Notes under the pieces: model-generated | What the model was told of the DNA's origin: nothing | The model's database searches: none | The model's input: only the letters and a program-made list of their open reading frames with translations | In this document: positions 53,531 to 63,529 of the stretch, in pieces | Position numbering within the stretch: the stretch's first letter is position 1 | How the letters are laid out: the number at the start of each line of letters is the position of its first letter | Program-made: the position numbers and the translations under genes | Source of the DNA: an uncultured delta proteobacterium | Lineage (GTDB): Bacteria; Desulfobacterota; Syntrophia; Syntrophales; UBA2192 | Length of the DNA: 64,000 nucleotides | Reading direction: 5' to 3' | NCBI GenBank assembly: GCA_963802225.1 | Contig: CAWDHZ010000036.1 | Location: forward strand, 79,343-143,342

Positions 53531-54016
53531 ATGTTCAAGGTAGGCGAATTGGCTGTTTATCCAGCGCAGGGAGTCGGCCTCATCGAGGCCATCGAAGACA
53601 GAGAGATCATGGGGGCCTGGCAGAAATTCTACGTGATGAAGATTCTAGGCAACGGCATGAAGATCATGATTCCCACCGACACGGCCCGGGCCATCGGATT
53701 GCGGGATCTGATCTCTTCCAAGGAGATTCCCAAGATTTACGAGATTCTACGGACCCGCGACGTCACGATCGACAAACAGGCTTGGAACAAGCGTTATCGC
53801 GAGTACTTGGAGAAGATCAAGACGGGAAGCGTCTACGAGATTGCCAAGGTCCTGCGGGACCTCTTCATCCTCAAGCACGGAAAGGACCTTTCCTTCGGCG
53901 AGAGGAAGATGATGGATACCGCGAAGCACTTGTTGATCAAGGAGATCTCGATCGCCAGCCGGGCGGCGGAGGCAAAGGTCGAAGCAGAGATCAATGCCAT
54001 GTTCCCCGTTCAGTGA
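53531..54016 (+). CDS. carD: CarD/CdnL family transcriptional regulator
   Basis: MFKVGELAVYPAQGVGLIEAIE (a Tudor-like RID) and a C-terminal helical domain. Confidence 0.9.
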   Translation: MFKVGELAVYPAQGVGLIEAIEDREIMGAWQKFYVMKILGNGMKIMIPTDTARAIGLRDLISSKEIPKIYEILRTRDVTIDKQAWNKRYREYLEKIKTGSVYEIAKVLRDLFILKHGKDLSFGERKMMDTAKHLLIKEISIASRAAEAKVEAEINAMFPVQ

Positions 54017-54246
54017 GCGGTGACGACAGAAAACATACCGCACGAAAGCTCTGAGAACTCACAGCGTCGCAGTCTGTTTTATCATAAGGCGCTCCTTCTC
54101 CAGGGAAGGGGGTCTTATTATTTCGGCTTGTCGCGCAGTGATCGGGAATGGATGACCGGGGTATTCCGGAGCTTTTTCATTTCCAATGTGACAGGGTTCT
54201 TTGAAAACGGTTGCACGCGCAATCCCCGCAGTGACAGACGTGAGTG

Positions 54247-54283
54247 CCTGTTCTGAGCACTTGTTCTGAGCCTGTCGAAGGAT
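54247..54283 (-). repeat. partial copy C of the dispersed TTCGACAGGCTCA / CTGAGC..TCGAAGGA repeat family
   Basis: cctgttctgagc acttgttctgagcctgtcgaaggat; the reverse complement contains TTCGACAGGCTCAGAACAAG. Confidence 0.6.
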
Positions 54284-54414
54284 GTCACGGTTTTTACGGG
54301 ATAAGCGAGCATCATAAAAGCATAAAACGACCTTGAGTTTCTCAATTCCCGGCCCCAAGCGCCGGGAATTTCAAAATCTGGACAGGAAAATAATTCAGAA
54401 AGGAGGGATGTTAT

Positions 54415-55440
54415 TTGCTTATCCGTTCGATACTCATTATCGCCTGCTCGATCAGCGGATATTTTATTGCGTACAAATATTTGGCTTCATTAGAGCTTTC
54501 ATTAATCGGCCTTTTATTAGGATTTATTGCCGCTGTCATCGTTATCCAGATCGAGCAGATCATCCGGAAGATTTCGCTCCGGATCATTTTAGGGGGTGTC
54601 ATCGGGACGATCATCGGTCTCCTGATCGCCATCCTGCTTTCCTACGGGCTGAGTTTCGTCAGCATCTGGGAAAAACAGGAGATCGTTCCCTGGGCGTACG
54701 CCCTGATGGCCTGTATTCTCGGTTACCTCGGACTCGTCATCGGTTCCAAGAAGAGCGAGGAGATATCGCTTCCGTCCTTCGGGCCCTTCAAAGGGTCCCG
54801 GGGCGTGTCGGACTACCGGATCCTCGATACGAGCGTCATCATTGACGGCCGGATCGCCGACATCTGCGATACGGGGTACATGGAGGGCAACCTCATCGTC
54901 CCGAGGTTCATCCTGGATGAGCTGCAGCATATCGCCGACTCTTCGGATTCCATGAAACGATCCCGGGGAAGGCGGGGGCTCGACATCCTCAACCGGATGC
55001 AGAAAATCCACAGCATCAACATCGAAATCGTGGATCAGGACTTTCCGAAAATCAAAGGGGTTGATGCGAAACTCGTCGCCCTTGCGAAGAAGATGAACGG
55101 GAAGATCATTACCAATGACTTCAACCTCAACAAGGTGGCGGAGCTGCAGGGCATCAAGATCCTCAATGTAAACGAGCTTGCCAATGCCCTGAAGCCGGTC
55201 GTGCTGCCGGGTGAGTTGATGGTCGTGAAAGTCATCAAGGAAGGCAAGGAACCCGGACAGGGAGTGGCCTACCTCGATGACGGGACCATGGTCATCGTCG
55301 ATCATGCCAGCAGGCATCTGGGGGAAACGGTGGAAGTTGCCGTGACCAGCGTGCTGCAGACTACGGCGGGCAGGATGATCTTCACGGAGATGAAGGCCGT
55401 CGTGCACGACAAGAAAGTGCACACCATCGAAGCCTTGTAA
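54415..55440 (+). CDS. membrane-anchored PIN + TRAM domain protein (YacL-like)
   Basis: TTG start 7 nt after AGGAGGG. 3-4 N-terminal TM helices, a PIN domain (ILDTSVIIDGRI...) and a C-terminal TRAM-like beta domain. Confidence 0.85.
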   Translation: MLIRSILIIACSISGYFIAYKYLASLELSLIGLLLGFIAAVIVIQIEQIIRKISLRIILGGVIGTIIGLLIAILLSYGLSFVSIWEKQEIVPWAYALMACILGYLGLVIGSKKSEEISLPSFGPFKGSRGVSDYRILDTSVIIDGRIADICDTGYMEGNLIVPRFILDELQHIADSSDSMKRSRGRRGLDILNRMQKIHSINIEIVDQDFPKIKGVDAKLVALAKKMNGKIITNDFNLNKVAELQGIKILNVNELANALKPVVLPGELMVVKVIKEGKEPGQGVAYLDDGTMVIVDHASRHLGETVEVAVTSVLQTTAGRMIFTEMKAVVHDKKVHTIEAL

Positions 55441-55532
55441 CCTGCGTCGTTAAAGAGCCCGGGAGGCCAAAGGATCCCGGGCTTTTCTTTTAGGGAAACG
55501 CTCACGCCCCGGAAATCCACAGAGGGAAAGCC

Positions 55533-56234
55533 ATGCGGACGGTGGCCATCATCCCGGCAGCCGGATCGGGAAACCGGATGAACCGCGATGTGTCCAAGCA
55601 GTATCTTACGCTTGCGGGCAAGCCCATTCTGGTTTGCACCCTGGAGGTATTTGAGGCCTCCCCGCTCGTCGACGCCCTGCTTGTCGTAGTGCCCTCGCAG
55701 GACATGGAATCGGTGCGCACCGACATTCTGGCCCCCTGGAATCTGAAGAAAGTGGCCGGAATCATTCCCGGGGGGCAAGAGCGCCAGGACTCTGTCCGGG
55801 CGGGGATCGAGGCCCTCGATGCGGACACGGAGCTCGTGATCATTCACGATGCCGTCCGGCCGTTCATTACCGTCGGGCTGATCGAGAGTTGTATCCGGGC
55901 TGCCGCGGCGGAAGGTGCCGTAACCGTCGGGGTGCCGGTGAAGGACACCGTCAAGGAGGTCGGGCCCGACGGCCGGATTTTGCGGACCTGTGACCGGAGC
56001 CTGTTGTGGCTCACCCAGACGCCACAGGTCTTCCGTCGGGACATCATCGAGAGCGCTCATCGTGCCGCCGTCCGTGACGGATTCAGAGGGACCGATGATA
56101 CCGCGCTGGTGGAGCGCCTGGGAATCACCGTCCGGATGATCCGGGGTGACTACGGCAACATCAAGATCACGACCCCGGAAGATCTGGTGATCGCGGAGGC
56201 CCTGCTCGCCGCTTCGCGGCAGGCTAAAGGCTAA
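55533..56234 (+). CDS. ispD: 2-C-methyl-D-erythritol 4-phosphate cytidylyltransferase
   Basis: AIIPAAGSG.RM motif and HDAVRPF. Confidence 0.95.
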   Translation: MRTVAIIPAAGSGNRMNRDVSKQYLTLAGKPILVCTLEVFEASPLVDALLVVVPSQDMESVRTDILAPWNLKKVAGIIPGGQERQDSVRAGIEALDADTELVIIHDAVRPFITVGLIESCIRAAAAEGAVTVGVPVKDTVKEVGPDGRILRTCDRSLLWLTQTPQVFRRDIIESAHRAAVRDGFRGTDDTALVERLGITVRMIRGDYGNIKITTPEDLVIAEALLAASRQAKG

Positions 56235-56255
56235 AGGCTAAAGGCTACTAAGGCT
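56220..56255 (+). repeat. AGGCTAA heptamer microsatellite (about 5 units) containing the ispD stop codon
   Basis: c aggctaa aggctaa aggctaa aggctac taaggct; TAA 56232..56234 is part of unit 2. Confidence 0.9.
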
Positions 56256-56302
56256 GGAAATGGCCCCCTCTACAAAGCACTGATTCGTGAAAAGGTATTG
56301 CC

Positions 56303-56794
56303 ATGAGAATCGGGTTCGGCTATGACAGCCACCAATTTGCCGAGGGCCGCCGGCTGATCCTCGGCGGGGTGGAGGTGACCTACGAGAAGGGGCTGCTGGG
56401 GCATTCCGATGCCGACGCCCTGATCCATGCCATCGTGGATGCCATTCTCGGGGCCCTGGGGGAAGGGGACATCGGCAGGCACTTCCCCGATACGGACCCG
56501 CACCTCAAGGGCATATCCAGCCTCGTCATGCTCAAGCGCGTATCCGACCTAGCCGTTCAGCGGGGGTATACCATCAACAACGTGGACTCGACCGTCATCC
56601 TGGAGAAGCCCCGGCTTTCCCCTTCCGTCGAGGAGATGCGCCGGAATATCGCGAAGGTCCTCGGGACGGACTATTCCCGTATCAACGTGAAGGCCAAGAC
56701 GAACGAAAAGATGGGGTTTATCGGGCGGGGCGAGGGCATCGCGGCCTTTGCCGTCGTGACCCTCGGAAGGGCAGACGCAGACGGCGTTGCCTAA
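56303..56794 (+). CDS. ispF: 2-C-methyl-D-erythritol 2,4-cyclodiphosphate synthase
   Basis: RIG.G.D.H and HSDADAL.HA..DA.LGA motifs. Confidence 0.95.
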   Translation: MRIGFGYDSHQFAEGRRLILGGVEVTYEKGLLGHSDADALIHAIVDAILGALGEGDIGRHFPDTDPHLKGISSLVMLKRVSDLAVQRGYTINNVDSTVILEKPRLSPSVEEMRRNIAKVLGTDYSRINVKAKTNEKMGFIGRGEGIAAFAVVTLGRADADGVA

Positions 56795-56849
56795 GAACAA
56801 ACAGCACCCTGATCTTCCTCTCCCTACGAGGAAAGTTACCTTTTAGGTG

Positions 56850-56884
56850 CCCTCTCCCTTGAGGGGAGAGGGTCAGGGTGAGGG
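56850..56884 (+). repeat. hairpin CCCTCTCCC-ttgag-GGGAGAGGG merging into G-tract run (GGGG..GGG..GGG..GGG)
   Basis: ccctctcccttgaggggagagggtcagggtgaggg, downstream of ispF. Confidence 0.7.
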
Positions 56885-56895
56885 TGATGAAAAAA

Positions 56896-56921
56896 CGGGG
56901 GAGCCGATTGCGGCTCCCCCG
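56896..56921 (-). terminator. rho-independent terminator after the carboxyltransferase gene
   Basis: CGGGGGAGCCG-attg-CGGCTCCCCCG with A6 on the plus-strand 5' side, which reads TTTTTT after the stem on the minus strand. Confidence 0.85.
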
Positions 56922-56951
56922 TTCTGCGTCAACAGCTCTTGAATGTGTCCC

Positions 56952-58505
56952 TTACAGCGGGATGTTGTTGTGCTTCTTGTCGGGCAGGCTCTGCTCCTTG
57001 TCCTTGTAGGCCTCGAGCAGCGCCGCCACGCGCTTGCGCGTCTCGCGGGGGGCAATGACCTCCTCGATGATGCCCATCTTGGCCGCGAAGTAGGGGTTGT
57101 TGAACTGCTCCTCGTAGGCGGCGATCAGTTCGGCCCGCTTGGCTTCGGGGTCTGCGGCCGTGGTGATCTCCCGGCGGTAGACGATGTTGCAGGCGCCGGC
57201 GGCGCCCATGACGGCGATTTCGGCAGACGGCCAGGCCATGACGTAGTCGGCGCCCAGCTGCTTGCTGCACATGCCGATGTAGGCTCCGCCGTAATCCTTG
57301 CGGGTCACGACGGTGAACTTGGGCACCGTGGCCTCGGAGTAGGCGTGGAGGAGCTTCGCGCCGTGGCTGATGATGCCGTTCCACTCCTGGTGCGTGCCGG
57401 GCATGTAGCCGGGCACGTCGGCGAAGGTGAGCAGCGGGATGTTGAAGGCGTCGCAGAAGCGGATGAAGCGCGATGCCTTGTCGGAGGCGTTCACGTCGAG
57501 CACACCGCCGCCGAACATCGAGTTGTTGGCGATGACGCCCACGGTCCGACCCATGATGCGGATGAAGCAGACAAACATGTTCTTGGCCCAGTTGGCGTGG
57601 GGCTCGAAGAAGGCGCCGCCATCGGCAATAGAGGCGACCACTTTTTTCATGTCGTAGCCGCGGGTGGCGCGGTCGGGGATGATCTTGTCGAGCTCGGGGC
57701 ACTCGCGGTCGGGGGTGTCCGTGGTGGACACGACCGGCGGCATCTCGTGGCAGTTGTCGGGCAGATAGCTGAGAAGGTCCTTGATCTGCTGGATGCAATC
57801 CTCGTCGCTCTCCGCGACGAAATGGCATACGCCGCTCTTGGAGGCGTGGGCCATGGGGCCGCCCAGGTCGTCGTGGGTCACTTCCTCGCCGATGACCGCC
57901 TTGATGACATCGGGGCCCGTGATGTACATGTAGCTCTTTCCCTTGATCATGAAAACCCAGTCGGTGAGCGCAGGCGAATAGACGGCGCCTCCGGCCGTGG
58001 GGCCCATGATGGCCGTGATCTGGGGGATGTAGCCCGAGCAGATGGTGTTGCGGTAGAAGATTCCGCCGTAACCTTCCAGGGCGGGCACGCCTTCCTGGAT
58101 GCGGGCGCCACCGGAGTCGTTCATCGCGATGAAAGGCTTCCGGGCGTCCTTGGCCATGTCCATGACCTTCCAGATCTTGCGGGCGTGCATCTCTCCGAGG
58201 CTCCCGCCGGCGCTGGTGAAGTCCTGGGCGGCGGCGAAGACGGTGCGCCCGTTCACGCTGCCGAAGCCGCAGACGACGGCGTCGGCGTTGATCTGCTTGT
58301 CGCCGAGGCCGAAGAGGGTGGAGCGCTTCTCGACGAAGAGCTGCACTTCCTGGAACGTCCCCGCGTCGTAGAACTTCAGAAGCCGCTCACGGGCCGTCAT
58401 CTTGCCCGATTCGTGCTGCTTCTTGATAGCGGCATCGCCGCCTTGGGTCATCAGCTTCTCGCGTTTTGCTTCAAATGCCTTGATTCTGTCTTCTGTCAGT
58501 CCCAT
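56952..58505 (-). CDS. acyl-CoA carboxyltransferase subunit (propionyl-CoA carboxylase beta / methylmalonyl- or glutaconyl-CoA decarboxylase alpha family)
   Basis: 517 aa. Typical MTARERL N-terminus, crotonase-fold pair, and GGAY...M motifs. Substrate cannot be assigned from sequence by eye. Confidence 0.85.
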   Translation of the reverse strand: MGLTEDRIKAFEAKREKLMTQGGDAAIKKQHESGKMTARERLLKFYDAGTFQEVQLFVEKRSTLFGLGDKQINADAVVCGFGSVNGRTVFAAAQDFTSAGGSLGEMHARKIWKVMDMAKDARKPFIAMNDSGGARIQEGVPALEGYGGIFYRNTICSGYIPQITAIMGPTAGGAVYSPALTDWVFMIKGKSYMYITGPDVIKAVIGEEVTHDDLGGPMAHASKSGVCHFVAESDEDCIQQIKDLLSYLPDNCHEMPPVVSTTDTPDRECPELDKIIPDRATRGYDMKKVVASIADGGAFFEPHANWAKNMFVCFIRIMGRTVGVIANNSMFGGGVLDVNASDKASRFIRFCDAFNIPLLTFADVPGYMPGTHQEWNGIISHGAKLLHAYSEATVPKFTVVTRKDYGGAYIGMCSKQLGADYVMAWPSAEIAVMGAAGACNIVYRREITTAADPEAKRAELIAAYEEQFNNPYFAAKMGIIEEVIAPRETRKRVAALLEAYKDKEQSLPDKKHNNIPL

Positions 58506-58626
58506 GTCTCTGTTACTCCCTGTCTCTTTAGTGGTCGAAAACTCGACGTTTCCATCTCTCTGTAAACCCGCCGCGTGATATCATTTCTCGCGTACTTTTT
58601 TCAATACAAAAGAGAGGAAATCCTCC

Positions 58627-58655
58627 TTGATTTAGGACGACACCTGGGCTATAAA
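58627..58655 (+). promoter_or_regulatory. sigma-70-type promoter candidate for pgk (TTGATT-17-TATAAA)
   Basis: 17-nt spacing, about 70 nt upstream of ATG 58728. Confidence 0.45.
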
Positions 58656-58727
58656 ACCCATGCCCGCAACCTCGACTGCAAGGGGGTGCGCAAACGGTCC
58701 CCCAACGAACCCTCCAGAGGTGAAAGA

Positions 58728-59912
58728 ATGAAATATATCGATGAGATGGATCTGAAAGGGAAACGGGTGCTGTTCCGGTTCGACTTCAACGTCCCCCTCG
58801 ACGGAAACCAGAACATCACCGATGACACGCGAATCCGTTCCGTACTGCCCACCATCAACTACGCCCTCGATGAAAACGCAAAAATCATCATTGCCGCCCA
58901 CCTCGGCAGGCCGAAAGGCAAGTTCGTTGAGAAGATGAGTCTGGCCCCCGTGGCCAAGAGGCTCTCGCGGCTCCTCGGCAAGAACGTGACCCTGACGAAG
59001 GACGTCATCGGACCTGAGGTCAAGAAAACCGTCGATGCCATGAAACCGGGCGACATTGTCATGCTGGAGAACCTGAGATTCGATGCCAGAGAGGAGAAAA
59101 ATGACGATGAATTCTCCAGGGAACTGGCGAGCCTCGCCGATGTCTACGTCGACGACGCATTCGGCAATGCGCACCGCAGCCACGCTTCGAATGTAGGGAT
59201 CACGAAGTTCGTCAAGCATTGCGGGGCCGGCTTCCTCATGAAGAAGGAGCTGACTTACTTCAGCCAGGCCCTCGAGAAACCGGCGAGACCGCTTGTGGCC
59301 ATCGTCGGGGGCTCCAAGGTGTCGGGCAAGCTCGAGGCCCTGGCGAACCTGGTCAACCGGGTCAACAAGATCGTCATCGGCGGCGGCATGGCTTTCACCT
59401 TCCTGAAGGCGCAGGGCTTTGATATCGGAAAATCCATCGTCGAGCCGGAACTCATCGAAAAGGCCAAGGAAGTTCTGGAGACGGCGAAAAACCTGGGCGT
59501 GAAGGTCTACCTGCCCGTCGACTGCGTCATCGCCGAGAGCATGGAGCCCGAGGCGGAGACGAAGATCGTTCCCATACAGGAAATCAACCCGCAGTGGATG
59601 GGACTCGACATCGGGCCCGCCACGATCACCCTCTTCACGGAAGCCCTGAGCAACGCAAAGACCATCGTCTGGAACGGCCCCATGGGCGTTTTCGAAATCG
59701 ATGCCTTCAGCCGCGGGACGTCGGCCCTGGCCCACAGCGTGGCCAATTCCTACGCACTCTCCATTGTCGGGGGCGGGGATACGGACGTGGCCATCGACAA
59801 GGCGGGCGAGCGCGACAACATGTCCTACATTTCCACGGGCGGCGGCGCCTTCCTGGAGTTGCTGGAAGGGAAGGAGCTTCCCGCCGTCAAGGCGCTCAAA
59901 GAGTGCAAATGA
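58728..59912 (+). CDS. pgk: phosphoglycerate kinase
   Basis: RVDFNVP-type N-terminus ([10 protein letters not shown]), AHLGRPKG, and GGGDT near the C-terminus. Start at MKYIDEMDL. Confidence 0.95.
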   Translation: MKYIDEMDLKGKRVLFRFDFNVPLDGNQNITDDTRIRSVLPTINYALDENAKIIIAAHLGRPKGKFVEKMSLAPVAKRLSRLLGKNVTLTKDVIGPEVKKTVDAMKPGDIVMLENLRFDAREEKNDDEFSRELASLADVYVDDAFGNAHRSHASNVGITKFVKHCGAGFLMKKELTYFSQALEKPARPLVAIVGGSKVSGKLEALANLVNRVNKIVIGGGMAFTFLKAQGFDIGKSIVEPELIEKAKEVLETAKNLGVKVYLPVDCVIAESMEPEAETKIVPIQEINPQWMGLDIGPATITLFTEALSNAKTIVWNGPMGVFEIDAFSRGTSALAHSVANSYALSIVGGGDTDVAIDKAGERDNMSYISTGGGAFLELLEGKELPAVKALKECK

Positions 59913-60031
59913 TCCTCTGACGAGGCGTTCGCAAGGGAGCAGAAGAGCCCCTTCTGCTCCCTTTTTTTATCGATTCCGCTCATTCTTCCATTTTCAGAGA
60001 GCTGTTTTATTTGTAACATGCCGTGAAGCAC

Positions 60032-60772
60032 ATGAGGAATATCAAGCTCATCATCGAATACGACGGGACGGCCTACAACGGCTGGCAGCGGCAGGCCGAC
60101 GTTCTCACCATCCAGCAGGTGATGGAGGACGCCCTTTCGCGGATCGTCAACGACAGGGCGGTCCTGATTGCATCGAGCCGGACCGACACGGGGGTCCATG
60201 CCCTGAACCAGGTGGCGAATTTCCGCACGGCCTCGCAGCTTCCCCTTCGCAATCTCCACATGGGCGTCAACAGCCTTCTTCCCCCGGATATCGTGGTAAA
60301 GGAAATGAGCGAGGTGCCCTGGGAATTCCACTCGCGCTATCATGCCCGCAGCAAGATCTACCATTACCGGATCTTCAACGGCCCGGTCCGGACGGCGCTG
60401 CGCAGGGGCATCTGCTGGTTTGTCCGTCACCCGCTCGACCTCGAGGCCATGAGACGGGCGGCAGGTTACCTTCTGGGCACCCATGACTTCAATTCCTTCT
60501 GTGCGGCCCAGTGCGAGGTGGAGGACCGGGTGAGGACCGTGATGGACGTTTCCCTGGACCGGGAAGCACCGGAGATGATCGTCTTCCGGATCGAGGCGGG
60601 CGGATTTCTGCGCCATATGGTCCGAAACATCGTGGGGACCCTCGTGGATGTCGGTAAAGGGAAAATTCCTGAAGAAGACATGGTCCGCATCATCGAGGCG
60701 CGGGACCGCAGGGAGGCCGGGCAGGCGGCTCCGGCCCGGGGGCTCTGCCTCATGGAGGTGAAATACGAATGA
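60032..60772 (+). CDS. truA: tRNA pseudouridine(38-40) synthase TruA
   Basis: MRNIKLIIEYDGT.Y.GWQRQ and the catalytic RTD.GVHA motif (SSRTDTGVHA). GTG at 60023 is an alternative start. Confidence 0.9.
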   Translation: MRNIKLIIEYDGTAYNGWQRQADVLTIQQVMEDALSRIVNDRAVLIASSRTDTGVHALNQVANFRTASQLPLRNLHMGVNSLLPPDIVVKEMSEVPWEFHSRYHARSKIYHYRIFNGPVRTALRRGICWFVRHPLDLEAMRRAAGYLLGTHDFNSFCAAQCEVEDRVRTVMDVSLDREAPEMIVFRIEAGGFLRHMVRNIVGTLVDVGKGKIPEEDMVRIIEARDRREAGQAAPARGLCLMEVKYE

Positions 60773-61623
60773 GAATTCTCGTCATGGGTCACAAGGGCAT
60801 GCTGGGCAGCGACCTCATGGACGTCCTGGGCAGGGACCACGAGGTCAGCGGAGTCGATATCGGTGAGTTCGACATCACGTCGGCCCCGGATTGCCTGCGG
60901 GTCGTCGGGATGTTCAACCCCGAGGTGATCGTGAATGCCGCGGCCTACACCGACGTCGATGGCTGTGAAACGAATCGAGATGCCTGCTTTGCCGTCAATG
61001 CCGAGGGCGTGCGCAACATCGCTTATGCCTGCAAGGATAGCGGCGCAAAGATCGTCCATTACAGCACCGACTACGTCTTCGACGGGACAAAGGGGGAGCC
61101 TTACCTCGAGGACGACCCCTGCCGGCCCATCAACACCTACGGCGCCTCGAAGCGCAAAGGCGAGGAGTTGCTGATCGAGACGGCGGAAAACCACGTACTC
61201 ATCCGCACGGCCTGGCTCTATGGCCGCCAGGGGAAGAATTTCGTCAAGGCCATCCTGGCAAAGGCCAGGGACGAAGGGATGCTGCGGGTCGTCGACGACC
61301 AGGTGGGCTCCCCCACCTTCAGCTTCGATCTTGCCCAGGCGACAAAACTGCTCGTCGAACGCGACTGCCGGGGCATCTACCACGTCACGAACCGGGGCGT
61401 CTGCAGCTGGTTCCAGTTCGCGCAGAGGATTCTCGAATACGCGCAGGTGTCCGGCGTGACCGTGGAGCCCATAAAGTCTCATGAACTCAGCCGGAAGGCC
61501 GCACGCCCGGCCTACTCGGTCCTGAGCAACAGCAAATTCATGGAAGCCACACAAAAAACCATGCGGCCCTGGCAGGTGGCCCTGAACGATTACCTCACAG
61601 GCCAGAGCCACATCCACCGGTGA
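60769..61623 (+). CDS. rfbD: dTDP-4-dehydrorhamnose reductase
   Basis: MRILV.G..G.LG, STDYVFDG, YG.SK..GE. ATGA overlap with truA. Confidence 0.9.
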   Translation: MRILVMGHKGMLGSDLMDVLGRDHEVSGVDIGEFDITSAPDCLRVVGMFNPEVIVNAAAYTDVDGCETNRDACFAVNAEGVRNIAYACKDSGAKIVHYSTDYVFDGTKGEPYLEDDPCRPINTYGASKRKGEELLIETAENHVLIRTAWLYGRQGKNFVKAILAKARDEGMLRVVDDQVGSPTFSFDLAQATKLLVERDCRGIYHVTNRGVCSWFQFAQRILEYAQVSGVTVEPIKSHELSRKAARPAYSVLSNSKFMEATQKTMRPWQVALNDYLTGQSHIHR

Positions 61624-61626
61624 AAA

Positions 61627-61655
61627 CAGGGTATCGGGTTTCGGGTATCGGGTAA
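61627..61655 (+). repeat. GGGT-heptad array (GGG-tatc-GGG-tttc-GGG-tatc-GGG)
   Basis: Canonical G3N4 x4, 4 nt after the rfbD stop and just before mutL. Confidence 0.9.
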
Positions 61656-61663
61656 CGCGAGGT

Positions 61664-63454
61664 TTGGATTTGAACCGAAGGATCACAATACTTCCCGAGG
61701 AGGTCGCCTCGAAGATCGCGGCCGGCGAAGTCGTCGAAAGGCCCTCGTCCATCGTGAAGGAGCTCCTGGAAAATGCCCTCGATGCGGGCGCCACGGACAT
61801 CACGATTGAACTGCGCGGTGGCGGCAAGGAGCTGATCCGGATCGCCGACAACGGGGCGGGCATCGCGCCTGGCGACGTCCCCCTTGCCTTTGAGCGGCAT
61901 GCAACGAGCAAGATCCTCACCGTCGACGATCTCTACGATGTGAAATCCTTCGGCTTCCGGGGGGAGGCGCTGCCGAGCATCGCAGCCGTCTGCCGCGTCG
62001 AGATGTCCACGCGGCGCCGCGGTGAGGTGGCAGGGACGCGAATCGCCGTGGAGAGTGGCCGCATCCTCGAAAACGAGGCCGTGGGCTGCCCCGAGGGGAC
62101 CTCCATTGCCGTGAGCCGCATCTTCGACTCGCTCCCCGTGCGCAAGAACTTCCTGAGACAGGATGCCACGGAGCAGGGGCACTGCCTGGACATCATCGTC
62201 CGGGTCCTGCTGCCCCATGGCGCAGTCAGGGCCAAGGTTCTCACCGGAAGCAAAACCCTCCTGGAGATCCCCCGAACGGAAAACCTCTACGAGAGGATCG
62301 TTTTGCTGCTGGGGAGCGACCTGCGGAATCACCTTGTTTCAGTGGCGGAGAAAAGTCCCGGGATGAGCCTTTCGGGATTTGTATCCAGGCCCGACTTCAC
62401 CCGCTCCTCGACGAGAAACATGTTCTTTTACATCAACGGCAGGTATGTCCGGGACGTTCTTCTCTCCCAGTCGGTCATGGGCGCTTACCGCAACCTCCTC
62501 GAGGCGCGCAAATACCCCGCCTGCGCCCTGTTCATCGAAGTGCCCCCCGAGACGATCGATGTCAACGTCCACCCGGCGAAGCTCGAGGTCCGCTTCCGGC
62601 GACCTCAAGAGGTCCGGGAGCTGCTCCAGCGAAGCCTTTCGGGGGCCCTCGCGGGGGTGCGGCCGGCGTCACATTCAACCCCGGCCATTTCGGCAACGGG
62701 GAGGCCGGCAGCCCTGGGGCGCACCGGCGTTTACGAGGCCCTGAGGCGCTACAGCCTGTCGGCGGGTATTGCCGCCCATCAGCCCATGACCACGGCTGCG
62801 AGAGCTCTCGAGGATGTGCCCGACTTCAGCCCCGGTCAGGACGGCCTCTTCCCGTCAATGGCGGGTGGAAGAGAGCAGGTTTCCTTTGCCTCTCTCGACT
62901 ACCTGGGCCAGATCGAAGGGACCTATCTTGTCTTTTCGGCGCCGGGCGTGATGATCCTTCTCGATCAGCATGCCGCCCACGAACGGATCCTCTACGAGAG
63001 GTTGAAACAATCGACGGGCGGGAACCTGGAAGTTCAGAGCCTCCTCATTCCCGAGGTGTTGGAGATGAACCCCCGGGACTTCAATCTGCTTGTCGCATCG
63101 TGCGACCTGCTGCGGGAGGCCGGTATCGAGGTTGAGGCCTTCGGAGAGAACACCGCTGTCGTGAAATCCCTACCGGCCCTGCTCGGCCAGGCGGACGTGA
63201 AGGCCCTCGTGCGGGAGATCCTGGACGGCATCACCGATTCGGGGCTTCCGCGGGCCGAAAAACGCAACCGGATCCTCATCGGCATGGCCTGCCGGGGGGC
63301 GATCAAGGCGAACCAGGCGCTTACGGCCGATGAAGTGCGGCACCTGTGTCGCGACCTCGACAGCATCCCCTTCGCCTCCAACTGCCCTCATGGAAGACCT
63401 GTTTTCATCGAGTTTCCTGCCGTCGTGATCGAGAGGATGTTCAAAAGAATTTAA
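61664..63454 (+). CDS. mutL: DNA mismatch repair protein MutL
   Basis: IAAGEVVERP, ENALDAGA, and a GFRGEAL GHKL ATPase N-terminus. TTG start; 596 aa. Confidence 0.95.
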   Translation: MDLNRRITILPEEVASKIAAGEVVERPSSIVKELLENALDAGATDITIELRGGGKELIRIADNGAGIAPGDVPLAFERHATSKILTVDDLYDVKSFGFRGEALPSIAAVCRVEMSTRRRGEVAGTRIAVESGRILENEAVGCPEGTSIAVSRIFDSLPVRKNFLRQDATEQGHCLDIIVRVLLPHGAVRAKVLTGSKTLLEIPRTENLYERIVLLLGSDLRNHLVSVAEKSPGMSLSGFVSRPDFTRSSTRNMFFYINGRYVRDVLLSQSVMGAYRNLLEARKYPACALFIEVPPETIDVNVHPAKLEVRFRRPQEVRELLQRSLSGALAGVRPASHSTPAISATGRPAALGRTGVYEALRRYSLSAGIAAHQPMTTAARALEDVPDFSPGQDGLFPSMAGGREQVSFASLDYLGQIEGTYLVFSAPGVMILLDQHAAHERILYERLKQSTGGNLEVQSLLIPEVLEMNPRDFNLLVASCDLLREAGIEVEAFGENTAVVKSLPALLGQADVKALVREILDGITDSGLPRAEKRNRILIGMACRGAIKANQALTADEVRHLCRDLDSIPFASNCPHGRPVFIEFPAVVIERMFKRI

Positions 63455-63458
63455 AAGC

Positions 63459-63516
63459 GTGTAGGTTGGCAGGCGTCCCGCCTGCCAACCTACACGGACA
63501 GGCGAGACGCCTGTCC
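63459..63516 (+). repeat. twin perfect hairpins (17-bp stem/3-nt loop, then 9-bp stem/3-nt loop) sharing the core CAGGCG-N3-CGCCTG
   Basis: GTGTAGGTTGGCAGGCG-tcc-CGCCTGCCAACCTACAC followed directly by GGACAGGCG-aga-CGCCTGTCC. No T-run follows. Confidence 0.9.
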
Positions 63517-63529
63517 TACCGTGGTAAAG

